This document shows, piece by piece, positions 18,885 to 30,028 of a stretch of DNA of 64,000 nucleotides (position 1 is the stretch's first letter; each line of letters starts with the position of its first letter). The stretch is from Acidobacteriota bacterium. GTDB taxonomy: Bacteria > Acidobacteriota > UBA6911. Made by a program: the position numbers and the translations under genes. The notes beneath the pieces were generated by a model. The model made no database searches. It was given only the letters and a program-made list of their open reading frames with translations, and was not told the DNA's origin. Where the stretch lies: positions 2,048,001 through 2,112,000 of the forward strand of contig OY761556.1 in NCBI GenBank assembly GCA_963664705.1, in the 5' to 3' direction.

Positions 18885-20084
18885 CTAGCTCATCAGAACC
18901 GGTTCAATGCGCTCGAGGGCCCAATTGATTTCATCTTTCGTGATGACCAGCGGCGGCGCAAACCGAACGGTGTTTTCATGCGTTTCCTTGCAGAGCAGTC
19001 CCTTCGACATCAGCATTTCACAGAACCGTCTGGCCCCGCCGGACTCGGGATGCAATTCAACGCCGATCAATAATCCTTTCCCGCGCACATCCTTAATATG
19101 CGGACTCCTGATGCGCCTTAACTCATTCTGGAAATAATCTCCCATGGCAGCGGCGTTTTCGATCATCCCCTCTTCCACTAGAACCTTCAGCGCCGTTCGC
19201 GCGATGGCACAGGCAAGCGGATTTCCTCCGAATGTGCTGCCATGCTCTCCTGGCCGCAGCACTCCCAGGACTTCCACATTCGATAATACCGCCGAGATAG
19301 GATAAAAGCCTCCAGACAAGGCTTTGCCGATAATGGTCAGATCGGCCTCAATTCCATCGTATTCTTCAGCCAGCAGACGCCCCGTTCTCCCCAGCCCGGT
19401 CTGGATTTCATCCAGAATAAAAACCACATGGTTCTTCTCACAAATCGCCTTGGCTCGAGACAGGAATCCCGCCGGGGGCACGATGACGCCGGCCTCCCCC
19501 TGTATAGGTTCGACCAGGAAGCCAACTGTGTTTGGCGTGATCGCCTTCTCAAGAGCCTCCGCATCGCCAAAAGGAATTACGGTGAATCCGGGTGTAAACG
19601 GACCGAAGTTTTCCCGATAGTATTCATCCGTACTGAAACTCACGATGGTAATTGTGCGGCCATGAAAATTATTGGCACAGACAATGATCTCCGCCTTGTG
19701 GCGGGGGACCCCCTTTACCTGATATCCCCATTTCCGAACGGCTTTGATAACCGTTTCGACAGCCTCCGCGCCGCTATTCATCGGCAACACCTTGTGGGAA
19801 TGGGTCAGATCGCATATTTCCCTGTAAAACAAACCCAACTGATCATTTCGAAACGCGCGTGAAGTCAACGTCAGCTTCCGCGCCTGCTCCTCCATGGTTT
19901 TCAGTATTCTGGGATGACAGTGTCCCTGGTTGACCGCCGAATAGGAGGACAGGCAATCGAGGTATCGATTCCCATCCACATCCCATACCCAGACGCCTTG
20001 CCCCCTGGCAAGAACAACATCCAAAGGCTTGTAATTGTGCGCGCCGTATTCTTCCTCGAGGCGGATAAACTCCGTGCTGTCCAT
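18885..20084 (-). CDS. rocD: Ornithine--oxo-acid transaminase
   Basis: [56 protein letters not shown]; AGGAGGAG SD before ATG 20084. Confidence 0.95.
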   Translation of the reverse strand: MDSTEFIRLEEEYGAHNYKPLDVVLARGQGVWVWDVDGNRYLDCLSSYSAVNQGHCHPRILKTMEEQARKLTLTSRAFRNDQLGLFYREICDLTHSHKVLPMNSGAEAVETVIKAVRKWGYQVKGVPRHKAEIIVCANNFHGRTITIVSFSTDEYYRENFGPFTPGFTVIPFGDAEALEKAITPNTVGFLVEPIQGEAGVIVPPAGFLSRAKAICEKNHVVFILDEIQTGLGRTGRLLAEEYDGIEADLTIIGKALSGGFYPISAVLSNVEVLGVLRPGEHGSTFGGNPLACAIARTALKVLVEEGMIENAAAMGDYFQNELRRIRSPHIKDVRGKGLLIGVELHPESGGARRFCEMLMSKGLLCKETHENTVRFAPPLVITKDEINWALERIEPVLMS

Positions 20085-20280
20085 GGCTCCTCCTGTTCTT
20101 CCCTGACATAGAAATAGCATAAAAACCGGGCCGGTCCCACCTGATCCGTCATTGGAAACCGGCCAGGGCGGGAAGGCTGGTTTCAATTTTTGAAGCAAAT
20201 CCGGTGGAATTTGTCGGAAGCCGGTACTATCCTTTTCCCTTCTAAACAGAGGCCTTCCGGCCCTAAATCAAGGAGAGTAC

Positions 20281-21165
20281 ATGTCGAGCGCAAAAAAGGT
20301 GCTTAAACTGGGGATGCCGAAGGGGAGCCTGCAGGAGTCAACCATCGAATTATTTCGAAGGGCGGGCATTCGCATCGCTTCGAGCGACCGATCCTACTTC
20401 CCCTATTGTGATGATGAGGAAATCGAAGTCATGCTGATCCGTTCCCAGGAAATGGGAAAATACGTTCAGGATGGCCTGTTCGATGCCGGAATCACAGGCC
20501 AGGACTGGATCCTGGAAACCAGTGCCAATGTAAAGGAGATCTGTGAACTGGTCTATGGCAAATCAGGATTCAAGCCGGTCCGTTGGGTATTGGCGGTCCC
20601 GGAAAGCTCAAAAATCCGCTCGATAAAGGATCTTCAAGGCAAGCGGATCGCAACCGAACTCGTCAATTACGTCACGCGGTATCTGGCGGCCAGGAAGGTA
20701 AAGGCAAAAGTCGAGTATTCCTGGGGCGCCACGGAAGCAAAGGCGGGGATACTGGTTGACGCGATTGTCGAGCTCACCGAGACAGGCAGATCCCTGAAGG
20801 CCAATCAACTGCGGATCGTGGAGGATGTGCTCGCATCAACCACGCGCTTCATTGCCAATAAGGAAGCCTGGCGCGATCCCTGGAAGCGCGAAAAGATGGA
20901 AAATATCGCAATTCTCCTCAAGGGTGCGCTGGCCGCCGAAGGCATGGTTGGATTGAAAATGAATCTGAAGGAAAAAGATCTCGAGAAGGTAATGAGCATC
21001 CTTCCCTCTCTCAAGAGACCCACGGTCAGCCCGCTTACATTGCCCGGATGGATGGCACTGGAAGTCGTCGTCGAGGAAAAGATTGTAAAGCGGATGATTC
21101 CCGACCTGAAGAGGGCCGGAGCCGAGGGAATTATCGAATACCCGCTGAACAAGCTGATTGCATAG
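20281..21165 (+). CDS. hisG: ATP phosphoribosyltransferase (long form)
   Basis: [29 protein letters not shown]-terminal regulatory domain; AAGGAG SD. Confidence 0.96.
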   Translation: MSSAKKVLKLGMPKGSLQESTIELFRRAGIRIASSDRSYFPYCDDEEIEVMLIRSQEMGKYVQDGLFDAGITGQDWILETSANVKEICELVYGKSGFKPVRWVLAVPESSKIRSIKDLQGKRIATELVNYVTRYLAARKVKAKVEYSWGATEAKAGILVDAIVELTETGRSLKANQLRIVEDVLASTTRFIANKEAWRDPWKREKMENIAILLKGALAAEGMVGLKMNLKEKDLEKVMSILPSLKRPTVSPLTLPGWMALEVVVEEKIVKRMIPDLKRAGAEGIIEYPLNKLIA

Positions 21166-21185
21166 CACCCCTGCGCTTTATGGAG

Positions 21186-21219
21186 CGGAGGCGAAGGCTC
21201 AAAAGAGCTTTCGCCTCTG
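21186..21219. terminator. Hairpin between convergent hisG and phosphatase genes (likely terminator)
   Basis: CGGAGGCGAAGGCTC-AAAA-GAGCTTTCGCCTCTG, 15-bp stem with G-U pairs. Confidence 0.7.
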
Positions 21220-21226
21220 TATTCTC

Positions 21227-22792
21227 CTAGCGCTCTTCAAATATCTCTGAAAGAATTCGCCCTTCCGCTCCGCTAGGTATCTCTACTCCCAGCAGGCTGG
21301 CCAATGTCGGAGCCACGTCGTTCATTGCGATTGTCTGGTAGAAACGCTTCGCCTTGATCCCCGGCCCCATGAAAATCACGGGAACGTGCGAATCATACCC
21401 AAAGGGCGTCCCATGCGTGGTGCTCGTCCCGCCCATGGCAATGTAGTACGGATCCAATATTATGTAGATATCCGCTCCACGACTGAAGGAATAGCCATTT
21501 GCCACGCGGCGCGCAACACGGTCGCCTGAAGGCACGCCTCGCATAAGCTGCTCGCGCGTGTATACCCGGAATACATGGGGCAAGGACTGAATGGCCTTCG
21601 CAGCTTCAGCCGCGACCTCCGATTCGCTCAGCTTCTTTGCCCGGATCAGGTCCCAGTTGAGATAAATCGACTCTTCCGGCGAAGCAGCAATCCAGTTGCC
21701 GTCGCCATATTTGTCGGCAAGCGCTTTCTTGGCTGCATTCAGAATTGCGGAAACCTCCACCCTGCCACCCGGCATTTTTCGTTTGGTGTTGACCTCGGGC
21801 ATAGGGGCCACACCATGATCCGCAGAAAAAACTACGGTCACATTGGCCATTCCCACCTGGGCGTCGATGTATTTAAACAGCTTCCCGAGTAGGCGGTCTG
21901 TTGCAATGGAAACTTCACGCACCTGCTGCGAATCCGGACCATTGGCGTGCCCGACATAGTCATTCGAAGAAAAGCTGATCATGAGCAGGTCCGTATCCGA
22001 ATCCAATCCAAGCTTTTCACCCTTAATTGCAGACTCGGCCATTTGCTCGATCAGTTCATTACCAAAGGGAGTGAATCGAAGCGTGCCGTAGAGTTTAGGG
22101 CCCACGTCTGCGGAAAGCTTGGTACCAAGCCACTCGATGCCTTTGTACTTGTCCGCGGGCCTTCCCGAATTGAATTCCTTTACCCAGGCCGGAAGCTCCG
22201 GCAGGTAGTAGGAGCTGGTGACAAAATTTCCCGACCTGTCATCGAACCAGTAAACCGCATCCGCCATGCGTCCGGTCGCCAGAATTCCACTGTAATCCTT
22301 GAACGATATCCCCACTACATGGTTTTTGCCTTGCCCCGCAATCTTGATTTCATCGCCCAGCGTGCTCACCAGAAGGTTCTGAGGCGAAGACCCGGAACCG
22401 CCGTTGCCTCCTACCTGCTGAACACTGGTATCCTGTGCCGACTGAATCACCTTTCCCGCCGACCGGTCATACCAGGAATTACCGATGATTCCGTTTACCG
22501 AAGGAAAGGCTCCTGTTAAAAATGCCGCATGGCCAACCGAGGTAAAAGTTGGAAAGTGCTCATAGTGGGCGTTAGTGAAGACGGCTCCCCGCGTCAGCAA
22601 TTGTTTGAACCCACTCTTGTATTCGCTGCCAAACCGGGTCAGATAGTCGTAGCGGAATTGATCTGCAATGATCGCCACCACAAGTTTGGGCTTGGTCGAG
22701 GGATGAACCGGCGCCTTCTCGACCTTCACGGGAGCTTGCGCAAATACTTCCAGTGCTGCAAGAGCAAATATGAGCAAAATCAGCTTCTTCAT
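21227..22792 (-). CDS. Exported alkaline phosphatase family protein (PafA/NPP-like)
   Basis: Signal peptide; DQFRYDYL, PTFTSVGHA (Thr nucleophile), DYVGH, SADHG, THG..FGYD.HVP. Confidence 0.92.
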   Translation of the reverse strand: MKKLILLIFALAALEVFAQAPVKVEKAPVHPSTKPKLVVAIIADQFRYDYLTRFGSEYKSGFKQLLTRGAVFTNAHYEHFPTFTSVGHAAFLTGAFPSVNGIIGNSWYDRSAGKVIQSAQDTSVQQVGGNGGSGSSPQNLLVSTLGDEIKIAGQGKNHVVGISFKDYSGILATGRMADAVYWFDDRSGNFVTSSYYLPELPAWVKEFNSGRPADKYKGIEWLGTKLSADVGPKLYGTLRFTPFGNELIEQMAESAIKGEKLGLDSDTDLLMISFSSNDYVGHANGPDSQQVREVSIATDRLLGKLFKYIDAQVGMANVTVVFSADHGVAPMPEVNTKRKMPGGRVEVSAILNAAKKALADKYGDGNWIAASPEESIYLNWDLIRAKKLSESEVAAEAAKAIQSLPHVFRVYTREQLMRGVPSGDRVARRVANGYSFSRGADIYIILDPYYIAMGGTSTTHGTPFGYDSHVPVIFMGPGIKAKRFYQTIAMNDVAPTLASLLGVEIPSGAEGRILSEIFEER

Positions 22793-22845
22793 TGAATTCC
22801 TCTCGTTGTAAATTCCCGCTGAATGACGCGCTTTTCAGTGCGAGG

Positions 22846-23121
22846 TTAACCGATGACCACATTCCAGTCCCGGATTTCCCATTTTGGAACCAGCCCGTTA
22901 AGAACATAGGGATCCTGGCGAATGAACTCCTCGATCACAGCCCTATCCCGGCAATGAAAGATGAGGACAGCCTTATCCGTCGGCTCGGTCAGGGCTCCGC
23001 CCAGAATCAGATCTCCTCTTTTGAAAGCCTCTCCGGCCAGTCGGAGGTGCTCCTCCCGAAATGTGGCTCTTCGTTCAATGTAATCCTCGACGACATGGTA
23101 GATCAGCAAGTAATATTTCAT
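22846..23121 (-). CDS. YciI-like protein
   Basis: R..FREEHL, GGAL, F...DPYV.NGLV motifs. Confidence 0.85.
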   Translation of the reverse strand: MKYYLLIYHVVEDYIERRATFREEHLRLAGEAFKRGDLILGGALTEPTDKAVLIFHCRDRAVIEEFIRQDPYVLNGLVPKWEIRDWNVVIG

Positions 23122-23249
23122 CTTTGGCTCAGTGTCGGACGTGTGGAAAAATGAGTTTATTCTATTTGTGTTTCCGTTGAATTTGGAAAACGCCTGCGCT
23201 ACTTTATGAGGTCCACCAACAACAACCAACTATAACCCGGAGCAAGCCT

Positions 23250-24788
23250 ATTTACCGCGAAAATATCCTGATTCTGGATTTTGGTTCTCAGTATACACAG
23301 CTCATTGGAAGAAGGATTCGTGAGCTTTCCGTATACTGCGAGATCGTACCCTATTATTCCGCCATGGAAAAGATCCAGGCGCTGCGCCCATCGGGCATCG
23401 TACTATCCGGTGGGCCGGATTCCGTCTGCCGCGAAGGGAGCCCGTCCCTTCCCCTTGAGTTTTTTGATATTGGACTCCCGATCCTGGGAATCTGCTATGG
23501 GCTGCAGCTGATCTCGCAGAAATTGGGAGGGCGCGTTGTTCCCGGAGGCGATCGCAGGGAATTTGGCAAGGCGACGGTCGAGGTCTCGGAATCGGATACG
23601 CTCTTTGCCGGTCTGCCGGATCGATTCCAGGGCTGGATGAGCCATGGAGACCGCGTCGAACAGCTTCCCGAGGGCTTTCATGTCCTGGCCACGTCAGGAG
23701 GGATTATAGGCGCTGCTGCGGATGAATCGCGAAAGATCTGGGGTCTTCAGTTTCATCCTGAAGTCGTCCACACACACAACGGGGCACAGATTCTCGAAAA
23801 TTTTGTAACCCGCGCCTGCGGGTGCAAGCGCGAGTGGACCATGGCCGCCTTCATTGATTCTGCGGTGAAGGACATCTCTACCCGAATCGGCTCGAACAGT
23901 GTGATATGCGGTCTCAGCGGCGGAGTGGATTCCACGGTGGCCGCTCTGTTGGTTCACAAAGCTATTGGCGACCGTCTGACCTGCGTGTTTGTAGACAACG
24001 GCCTGCTGCGCAAGGATGAATTTAAATCGGTCCTGTCCGCATTTCGTGAACGTCTGCATCTGAAAGTGCTGGGAGTCGACGCAGAGGATCGTTTCCTCGC
24101 AAAGCTCCGCGATGTTGAGGAACCGGAGCGCAAACGCAAGATCATTGGGGAGGAGTTTATCCGCGTATTTGAAGCGGAAGCCCGTAAACTGGGCAATCCG
24201 CCATTCCTGGTCCAGGGGACCCTGTACCCGGACGTCATCGAATCCACATCGGTCCGCGGCCCCTCCGCCGTCATCAAGTCACACCACAATGTTGGCGGGT
24301 TGCCCAGCGACATGCAATTTGAGTTGGTCGAACCGCTTCGCGAGCTATTTAAGGACGAGGTTCGAAAAGTCGGCCTGGAATTGGGAATAGAGGAGCGCTT
24401 TATCTTCCGCCATCCCTTCCCCGGGCCCGGTCTGGCGGTGCGAATTCTCGGATCGATTACCAGAGAGCGCCTTGATCTCCTCCGCGAGGCGGATGCCATC
24501 GTCCAGGAGGAGATTGAGCGCGAAGGATTGATCAAGGAACTCTGGCAGGCCTTTGCCGTGCTCCTGCCCATCCGCAGCGTCGGAGTCATGGGCGATGACC
24601 GGACCTATGAAAATGTGGCCGCCCTCCGCATTGTGACCAGCATGGATGGAATGACCGCGGATTGGGCAAAGATTCCTTACAGTGTTTTGGAAAAAATCTC
24701 TACGCGTATCGTGAACGAAGTACGCGGAATCAACCGGGTGGTGTACGACATTACGTCCAAGCCGCCGGGTACCATTGAATGGGAGTAG
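23250..24788 (+). CDS. guaA: Glutamine-hydrolysing GMP synthase (probable ATT start at 23250)
   Basis: [14 protein letters not shown] lies upstream of the first ATG (23364); [37 protein letters not shown]. Confidence 0.95.
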   Translation: MYRENILILDFGSQYTQLIGRRIRELSVYCEIVPYYSAMEKIQALRPSGIVLSGGPDSVCREGSPSLPLEFFDIGLPILGICYGLQLISQKLGGRVVPGGDRREFGKATVEVSESDTLFAGLPDRFQGWMSHGDRVEQLPEGFHVLATSGGIIGAAADESRKIWGLQFHPEVVHTHNGAQILENFVTRACGCKREWTMAAFIDSAVKDISTRIGSNSVICGLSGGVDSTVAALLVHKAIGDRLTCVFVDNGLLRKDEFKSVLSAFRERLHLKVLGVDAEDRFLAKLRDVEEPERKRKIIGEEFIRVFEAEARKLGNPPFLVQGTLYPDVIESTSVRGPSAVIKSHHNVGGLPSDMQFELVEPLRELFKDEVRKVGLELGIEERFIFRHPFPGPGLAVRILGSITRERLDLLREADAIVQEEIEREGLIKELWQAFAVLLPIRSVGVMGDDRTYENVAALRIVTSMDGMTADWAKIPYSVLEKISTRIVNEVRGINRVVYDITSKPPGTIEWE

Positions 24789-24791
24789 CCA

Positions 24792-27700
24792 GTGCCTGAA
24801 GCAACGCCTTTTGTGCACCTTCACAATCACTCCGAGTACAGCCTGCTTGACGGTGCTGCCAAAATCAGCGGCCTGGTGGATACGGCTCTGGCGATGGGAA
24901 TGCCGGCCCTGGCCATTACGGACCATGGCAATCTCTTTGGCGCTCTTCAGTTTTATAACACTGCCAAGAAGAAGGGGCTGAAGCCGATCATTGGTTGTGA
25001 AATCTATGTTGCCAAAGAAAGCCGACACAAAAAAATTGGCGGCGGAGATCAATCCAATCACCTGGTGCTGCTCGCGGAAAATCTGACCGGGTATCATAAT
25101 CTGAGCAAACTGGCGTCGTACGGTTTTCTGGAAGGTTTTTACTATAAGCCTCGAATCGATAAAGAACTGCTAGCGCAGCACAGCGAAGGTCTCATCGCCT
25201 CTTCAGCATGCCTGAAGGGAGCCGTTCCCCAAAAGCTGACCATGGAGCAGCCCGAGGCTGCTCTGGCTGAGGCGATGGAGCTCCAGGATATTTTCGGCAA
25301 AGGCAACTTCTACCTGGAACTGCAGGATCACGGACTCGCCGCTCAGAAAAAGGTAAATCCGGCAATCCTCGAAATTGCCCGCAAAACCGGGATTCCTCTG
25401 ATTTGTACCAACGATACGCACTATCTGCGGCGCGATGACAGCGTCGCGCATGACGTTCTGCTCTGCATTGGTACCGGCAAGCTTGTCAGCCAGCAGGACA
25501 GAATGCGTTACGAAAGCGACCAGTTTTACTTCAAGTCCTATGACGAGATGCATAAGCTTTGGGGAGAAATTCCGGAATCGCTCTCCAACACTCTGCGGAT
25601 TGCCGAGCGTTGCCACCTGGAAATCGAGACCGAGCAGCCGCTGCCTCCTTTTGATGTGCCTCCGGGCTATACCGCCGACAGCTATTTCGAAAAGACTGTG
25701 CGTGAGGGGTTCCAGGAACGGCGCGCTTATCTCGAAAACCTTGCGGCCCAGGGCCAGCTGAAAAATCCACTCACCGATTATGAAGTGCGTCTCGATTTCG
25801 AAATCGAGATGATCAAGCAGATGCAGTTTTCGAGCTATTTCCTGATTGTCTGGGACTTGATCAAGTATGCGCGCGACCACGATATTCCGGTCGGCCCCGG
25901 GCGCGGGTCCGTCGTGGGCAGCCTCGTTGCCTACAGCCTTAAAATAACGGATATCGATCCGCTTCAGTACGCTCTGTTTTTTGAACGATTCCTCAATCCC
26001 GAACGCATTGCGCCGCCCGATATTGACATGGATTACTGCATGAACCGTCGGGCGGATATGATCGATTATGTCAACCGGAAGTATGGCCGGGACAAGGTCT
26101 GCCAGATCATCACATTTGGTACCATGGCGGCGAAAGGCGTTATTCGCGATGTCGGGAGAAGTCTCGATATCCCTTACGCGGAAGTCGACCGCATTGCCAA
26201 ACTGATCCCGGACGAACTGAACGCCACGATAGATAAGGCCCTGGAACAGGAGCCGCGCCTGAAAGAGGAGATGAAAAATCCTCAGATTGCCAACCTTATT
26301 GAAATTGGCAAGCGGCTCGAAGGACTATCGCGTCACTCCTCAACCCATGCCGCCGGAGTTGTGATTGCACCCAAACCTCTTGTTGAACTTGTTCCGCTTC
26401 AAAAGACGAACAAGGATGAAATCACAACCCAATACAGCATGAAGGACCTGGAGTCGATCGGCCTCCTGAAAATGGACTTTCTTGCCCTTACGACGCTCAC
26501 CGTTATCGACAGCGCCGTGAAACGCGTCAAGAATGAAAAGGGCATCGATCTGGATCTCTCTTCCGTCGCGCTGACCGACACAAAGGTATACGATCTTTTT
26601 TCGGAAGGCAGAACGAACGGGATATTCCAGTTTGAAAGCGGCGGGATGAAAGCCGAATTGCGCAGGCTCAAACCGGAGCGTTTCGAGGACCTGATCGCGC
26701 TGAATGCATTGTATCGTCCCGGTCCCATGGACATGATCCCGGAATTCATCAAGCGCAAACAGGGACTAATCGAAGTAGAATATCCCCATCCCGTTCTTGA
26801 AGAAATTCTGAAAGAAACCTACGGCATCATTGTTTATCAGGAACAGGTCATGCAGATCGCCAGCAAGATGGCGGGTTTCTCGCTTGGCCAGGCCGATATT
26901 CTTCGCAAAGCCATGGGAAAGAAGATGGCCTCTGTCATGCTCTCGATGCGGGATAAGTTTATCGAAGGCGCACGACAGCAAAAGATACCGGAAAAGGCAG
27001 CGGCCCAGGTATTTGACCTCATGGAGCAGTTTGCGCAATACGGGTTCAACAAATCGCATGCGACCGCCTATGCCCTTCTGGCCTATCAGACGGCCTACCT
27101 TAAAGTTCACTACCCGGTGCAGTTCATGGCGGCCCTGCTCACCAGTGAAATCGGGAACACGGATAAGATCGTCATGTATATTGCCGAATGCAAGGACATG
27201 AACATCTCGGTGTTGCCGCCTGATATCAACGAGAGTTCCGTCGACTTTAAATCCCAGAACGATACGATTCGATTTGGAATGCTGGCGATTCGCAATGTGG
27301 GAGAAGCAGCGATCCGCTCGGTTCTGGAATATCGCGATAAAAATGGAAGGTTCCGCAGCCTCTTCCAGTTTTGCGAAGAAGTGGATTCCCGGACGCTCAA
27401 TAAGCGTGTACTCGAAAGCCTGGTCAAGAGCGGAGCACTGGACTCTCTTGGCTGGAAGCGCTCTCAATGTATGGCAATGATCGACACCGCCATCGAATAC
27501 GGCCAGAAGGCTCGCCGCGACCGCGAAAGTGGACAGAAAGGCCTGTTCTCGGATTCATCGGCCGGCCGCTCCGCTGTCGTGGAACCTACCGCTCCGGATA
27601 TTCCGGAATGGGAAGTAGAACAGAGGCTGTCCTTTGAAAAGGAAACCCTCGGATTCTATGTCTCCGGCCATCCGCTCGATCGTTTTGTCCGGGAGGTTAC

Positions 27701-28253
27701 GCGCTTCAGCAAAAAAAGCATCGCGGATTACATCAGTGAGGGGAAAAGCACCGAGTGCCGCATCGCCGGAATCGTCACCGATTTCAGGCAGCGCCGGACC
27801 AAAAAGGGCGATCTGATGGGCGTCTTTAATCTTGAGGATCTCAGCGGGGCCGTGGAAACCGTTGTCTTCCCAAATTCCTATCCCAAGTTCGAACCCTATA
27901 TGAATGCGGATTCTCCGATCCTGGTTTCCGGACGATTTGAACTGGAAGATGGGCGCGGCGCCAAGTTTGTTGCCTCAGACGTGCAGCCCATGACGGGTCT
28001 GGCAGAACGCAATGCCAAGACATTGCGCATCCGGGCGGATCTCTCCAATCTGTCTCCCGCTACGGCCACCACCTTGCACCGCCTTCTCGAAAGCAATCGC
28101 GGCGATACCGGCGTTGACGTGGAACTGTATTCTCCATACGATTTCCGTGTTAACATTCAATCCTCTGATTTTGTGAAGGTGAAGTCGAGCCCCGAACTGA
28201 TAGAACAGATTGAAAGCATCTGCGGTCCGGGCTCAGTTTATGTCGTGATCTAG
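24792..28253 (+). CDS. dnaE: DNA polymerase III alpha subunit
   Basis: FVHLHNHSEYSLLDG PHP domain, GPGRGS, PDIDMD, GFNKSH, OB fold; no intein seen. Confidence 0.98.
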   Translation: MPEATPFVHLHNHSEYSLLDGAAKISGLVDTALAMGMPALAITDHGNLFGALQFYNTAKKKGLKPIIGCEIYVAKESRHKKIGGGDQSNHLVLLAENLTGYHNLSKLASYGFLEGFYYKPRIDKELLAQHSEGLIASSACLKGAVPQKLTMEQPEAALAEAMELQDIFGKGNFYLELQDHGLAAQKKVNPAILEIARKTGIPLICTNDTHYLRRDDSVAHDVLLCIGTGKLVSQQDRMRYESDQFYFKSYDEMHKLWGEIPESLSNTLRIAERCHLEIETEQPLPPFDVPPGYTADSYFEKTVREGFQERRAYLENLAAQGQLKNPLTDYEVRLDFEIEMIKQMQFSSYFLIVWDLIKYARDHDIPVGPGRGSVVGSLVAYSLKITDIDPLQYALFFERFLNPERIAPPDIDMDYCMNRRADMIDYVNRKYGRDKVCQIITFGTMAAKGVIRDVGRSLDIPYAEVDRIAKLIPDELNATIDKALEQEPRLKEEMKNPQIANLIEIGKRLEGLSRHSSTHAAGVVIAPKPLVELVPLQKTNKDEITTQYSMKDLESIGLLKMDFLALTTLTVIDSAVKRVKNEKGIDLDLSSVALTDTKVYDLFSEGRTNGIFQFESGGMKAELRRLKPERFEDLIALNALYRPGPMDMIPEFIKRKQGLIEVEYPHPVLEEILKETYGIIVYQEQVMQIASKMAGFSLGQADILRKAMGKKMASVMLSMRDKFIEGARQQKIPEKAAAQVFDLMEQFAQYGFNKSHATAYALLAYQTAYLKVHYPVQFMAALLTSEIGNTDKIVMYIAECKDMNISVLPPDINESSVDFKSQNDTIRFGMLAIRNVGEAAIRSVLEYRDKNGRFRSLFQFCEEVDSRTLNKRVLESLVKSGALDSLGWKRSQCMAMIDTAIEYGQKARRDRESGQKGLFSDSSAGRSAVVEPTAPDIPEWEVEQRLSFEKETLGFYVSGHPLDRFVREVTRFSKKSIADYISEGKSTECRIAGIVTDFRQRRTKKGDLMGVFNLEDLSGAVETVVFPNSYPKFEPYMNADSPILVSGRFELEDGRGAKFVASDVQPMTGLAERNAKTLRIRADLSNLSPATATTLHRLLESNRGDTGVDVELYSPYDFRVNIQSSDFVKVKSSPELIEQIESICGPGSVYVVI

Positions 28254-28270
28254 GTGTCATAGGAACTGAG

Positions 28271-29152
28271 ATGGAAGCCACGGATTCAACACAAGCGGAG
28301 ATTGAACGGCTGCGAGCAGAAGTGCAGCGACTCAAAGGGGACGACGGCGTCGCCTATCAGCGAACTCTTCTCGCGCGGCATGATCTGCGCCCCTATACGC
28401 TGGATTATGTAGAACGCCTCTTTCGGGATTTTTCCGAAATTCACGGAGACCGGCGCTATGGCGATGATGCCGCGATCGTCACCGGCATGGCGGTCTATCA
28501 TGGCACTCCCGTGATGGTTGTTGGCCATCAAAAGGGCCGGGATATCCGGCAGCGCCAGCATAGAAATTTCGGCTGCCCGCAGCCCGAAGGCTATCGCAAA
28601 GCCCTGCGGGCGATGAAACTGGCTGACAAATTCTCGCGCCCCATCATCACCTTCGTCGACACGCCGGGAGCCTACCCTGGAGTCGGAGCGGAGGAGCGTG
28701 GTCAGGCCGAGGCCATTGCCTTCAACCTTCGCGAAATGGCACGGCTCGAAGTCCCGGTTATCGTCTGTGTCGTTGGCGAGGGAGGAAGCGGAGGCGCATT
28801 GGCTATTGCGGTCGGCAACAAAGTCCTGATGCAGGAAAACGCCATCTACTCGGTTATCACTCCGGAAGGATGCTCCGCCATTCTTTGGAAGGATCAAGCA
28901 CAGGCTCATGTGGAGGCCGCCGCTGCTGCCTTAAAAATCACGGCTTCCGATCTGAAATCCATGGGTTTGATCGACGAAATAGTCCCTGAACCGCCCGGCG
29001 GCGCCCACGCGGATCATGCGGCGGCAGCCGATTTCCTCGACCGGCACTTGCGTCCCAGCCTTGAAGCGTTGATGAGAATTTCCGGAACAGACTTGAGGAA
29101 ACAGCGTTACGAGCGATTCCGCGCCATTGGAGCCGTATCCGTTCTCTCCTGA
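28271..29152 (+). CDS. accA: Acetyl-CoA carboxylase carboxyltransferase alpha
   Basis: HGDRRYGDD, PEGYRKA, DTPGAYPG, GEGGSGGALA. Confidence 0.97.
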   Translation: MEATDSTQAEIERLRAEVQRLKGDDGVAYQRTLLARHDLRPYTLDYVERLFRDFSEIHGDRRYGDDAAIVTGMAVYHGTPVMVVGHQKGRDIRQRQHRNFGCPQPEGYRKALRAMKLADKFSRPIITFVDTPGAYPGVGAEERGQAEAIAFNLREMARLEVPVIVCVVGEGGSGGALAIAVGNKVLMQENAIYSVITPEGCSAILWKDQAQAHVEAAAAALKITASDLKSMGLIDEIVPEPPGGAHADHAAAADFLDRHLRPSLEALMRISGTDLRKQRYERFRAIGAVSVLS

Positions 29153-29210
29153 ACTTCCGGTATCGTGGATTTGCGGGAATCGGGAGCGCGCTCTCTTTTG
29201 ACGGCTCCGG

Positions 29211-29903
29211 TTAGTTGCGAAGTCCCTTCAACTGAGTGCGGTAGACGTAGCGAACAATGCGTGCGCGCTCGGATTCGCTGATGGCCAGAAATCGCACACC
29301 CGCACGATACATCATTTGATTTTCAGCCGGGCTGTCCGAAAACACTACCCTGCAGGGTATTCGAATCAATGGCGCATCATCCGGCAGAGATAATTTGATC
29401 TCCAACAGGGTATTTTCCGGAATCGGCTTTGCGCATCGTATCCCCACCCCCCCCGCGCTGACATCGCTTGTGGTCGTTCGGAGATTGAAGGGAATGTCGG
29501 TATCGGTCCGGGCATCCCTTTGAGTGCCGGTAATTTCCACCGGTATCATGCATTTTACGCGGAAATTCTGACGACGCTGAATACGGGCGATGGCACTGCT
29601 TTGGATGATTGTCAGCTGCGGCAATCCCTCCGAGTGCATTTCATCGACCATGCCCGAAAATTCATGGGGGACGTAGTCTCTGACGAAATTGAATGCGAGT
29701 ATCTGATCTTTATGCGCCAACAGACGCATTCCCGCATGGGTTGGCCAGGCGATGATCAGCTTACCCTGGGCTATATCGCTGACACGACTATAATACGTGA
29801 CGCTGGTGTCATCCCCTTCAATACGCACCTGCAGGAGTTCGTTGACATCTATCTGGATGTCCACTTCTTCCGAAAATTCGTTATTCGATTCCGGCATACC
29901 CAT
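29211..29903 (-). CDS. YcgR-like flagellar brake protein (N-terminal YcgR domain plus PilZ)
   Basis: QRRQNFR (RxxxR) and DVSAGG (DxSxxG) c-di-GMP-binding motifs. Confidence 0.88.
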   Translation of the reverse strand: MGMPESNNEFSEEVDIQIDVNELLQVRIEGDDTSVTYYSRVSDIAQGKLIIAWPTHAGMRLLAHKDQILAFNFVRDYVPHEFSGMVDEMHSEGLPQLTIIQSSAIARIQRRQNFRVKCMIPVEITGTQRDARTDTDIPFNLRTTTSDVSAGGVGIRCAKPIPENTLLEIKLSLPDDAPLIRIPCRVVFSDSPAENQMMYRAGVRFLAISESERARIVRYVYRTQLKGLRN

Positions 29904-29937
29904 GCAAGATCCCGCTATCCATTATCTCCTTTGGCTC

Positions 29938-29964
29938 TTATCGGCCGTTATCCCGTCCTATATA
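29938..29964 (-). promoter_or_regulatory. Sigma-28 (FliA)-type promoter
   Basis: TATA-N15-GCCGATAA on the minus strand versus consensus TAAA-N15-GCCGATAA. Confidence 0.7.
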
Positions 29965-30028
29965 GCGATATTACAGCGGCAGGCCAGGCTTTCAAAAACC
30001 TCGCCTAATGGGAGCGCAGGCTTCCCGG

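Noticed and set aside
23206-23235. Tiny [12 protein letters not shown] upstream of guaA as a leader peptide
   Set aside because: A likely promoter (TTGAAT-17-TACTTT, 23177-23205) would start transcription after this ATG, and it has no SD.
24792-28253. Intein or split in dnaE
   Set aside because: Normal length of 1153 aa with contiguous motifs.
29881-29922. Out-of-frame ATG after AAGGAG upstream of the PilZ gene (13-aa ORF or frameshift)
   Set aside because: SD spacing is only 3 nt and the PilZ ORF is complete from its own ATG.
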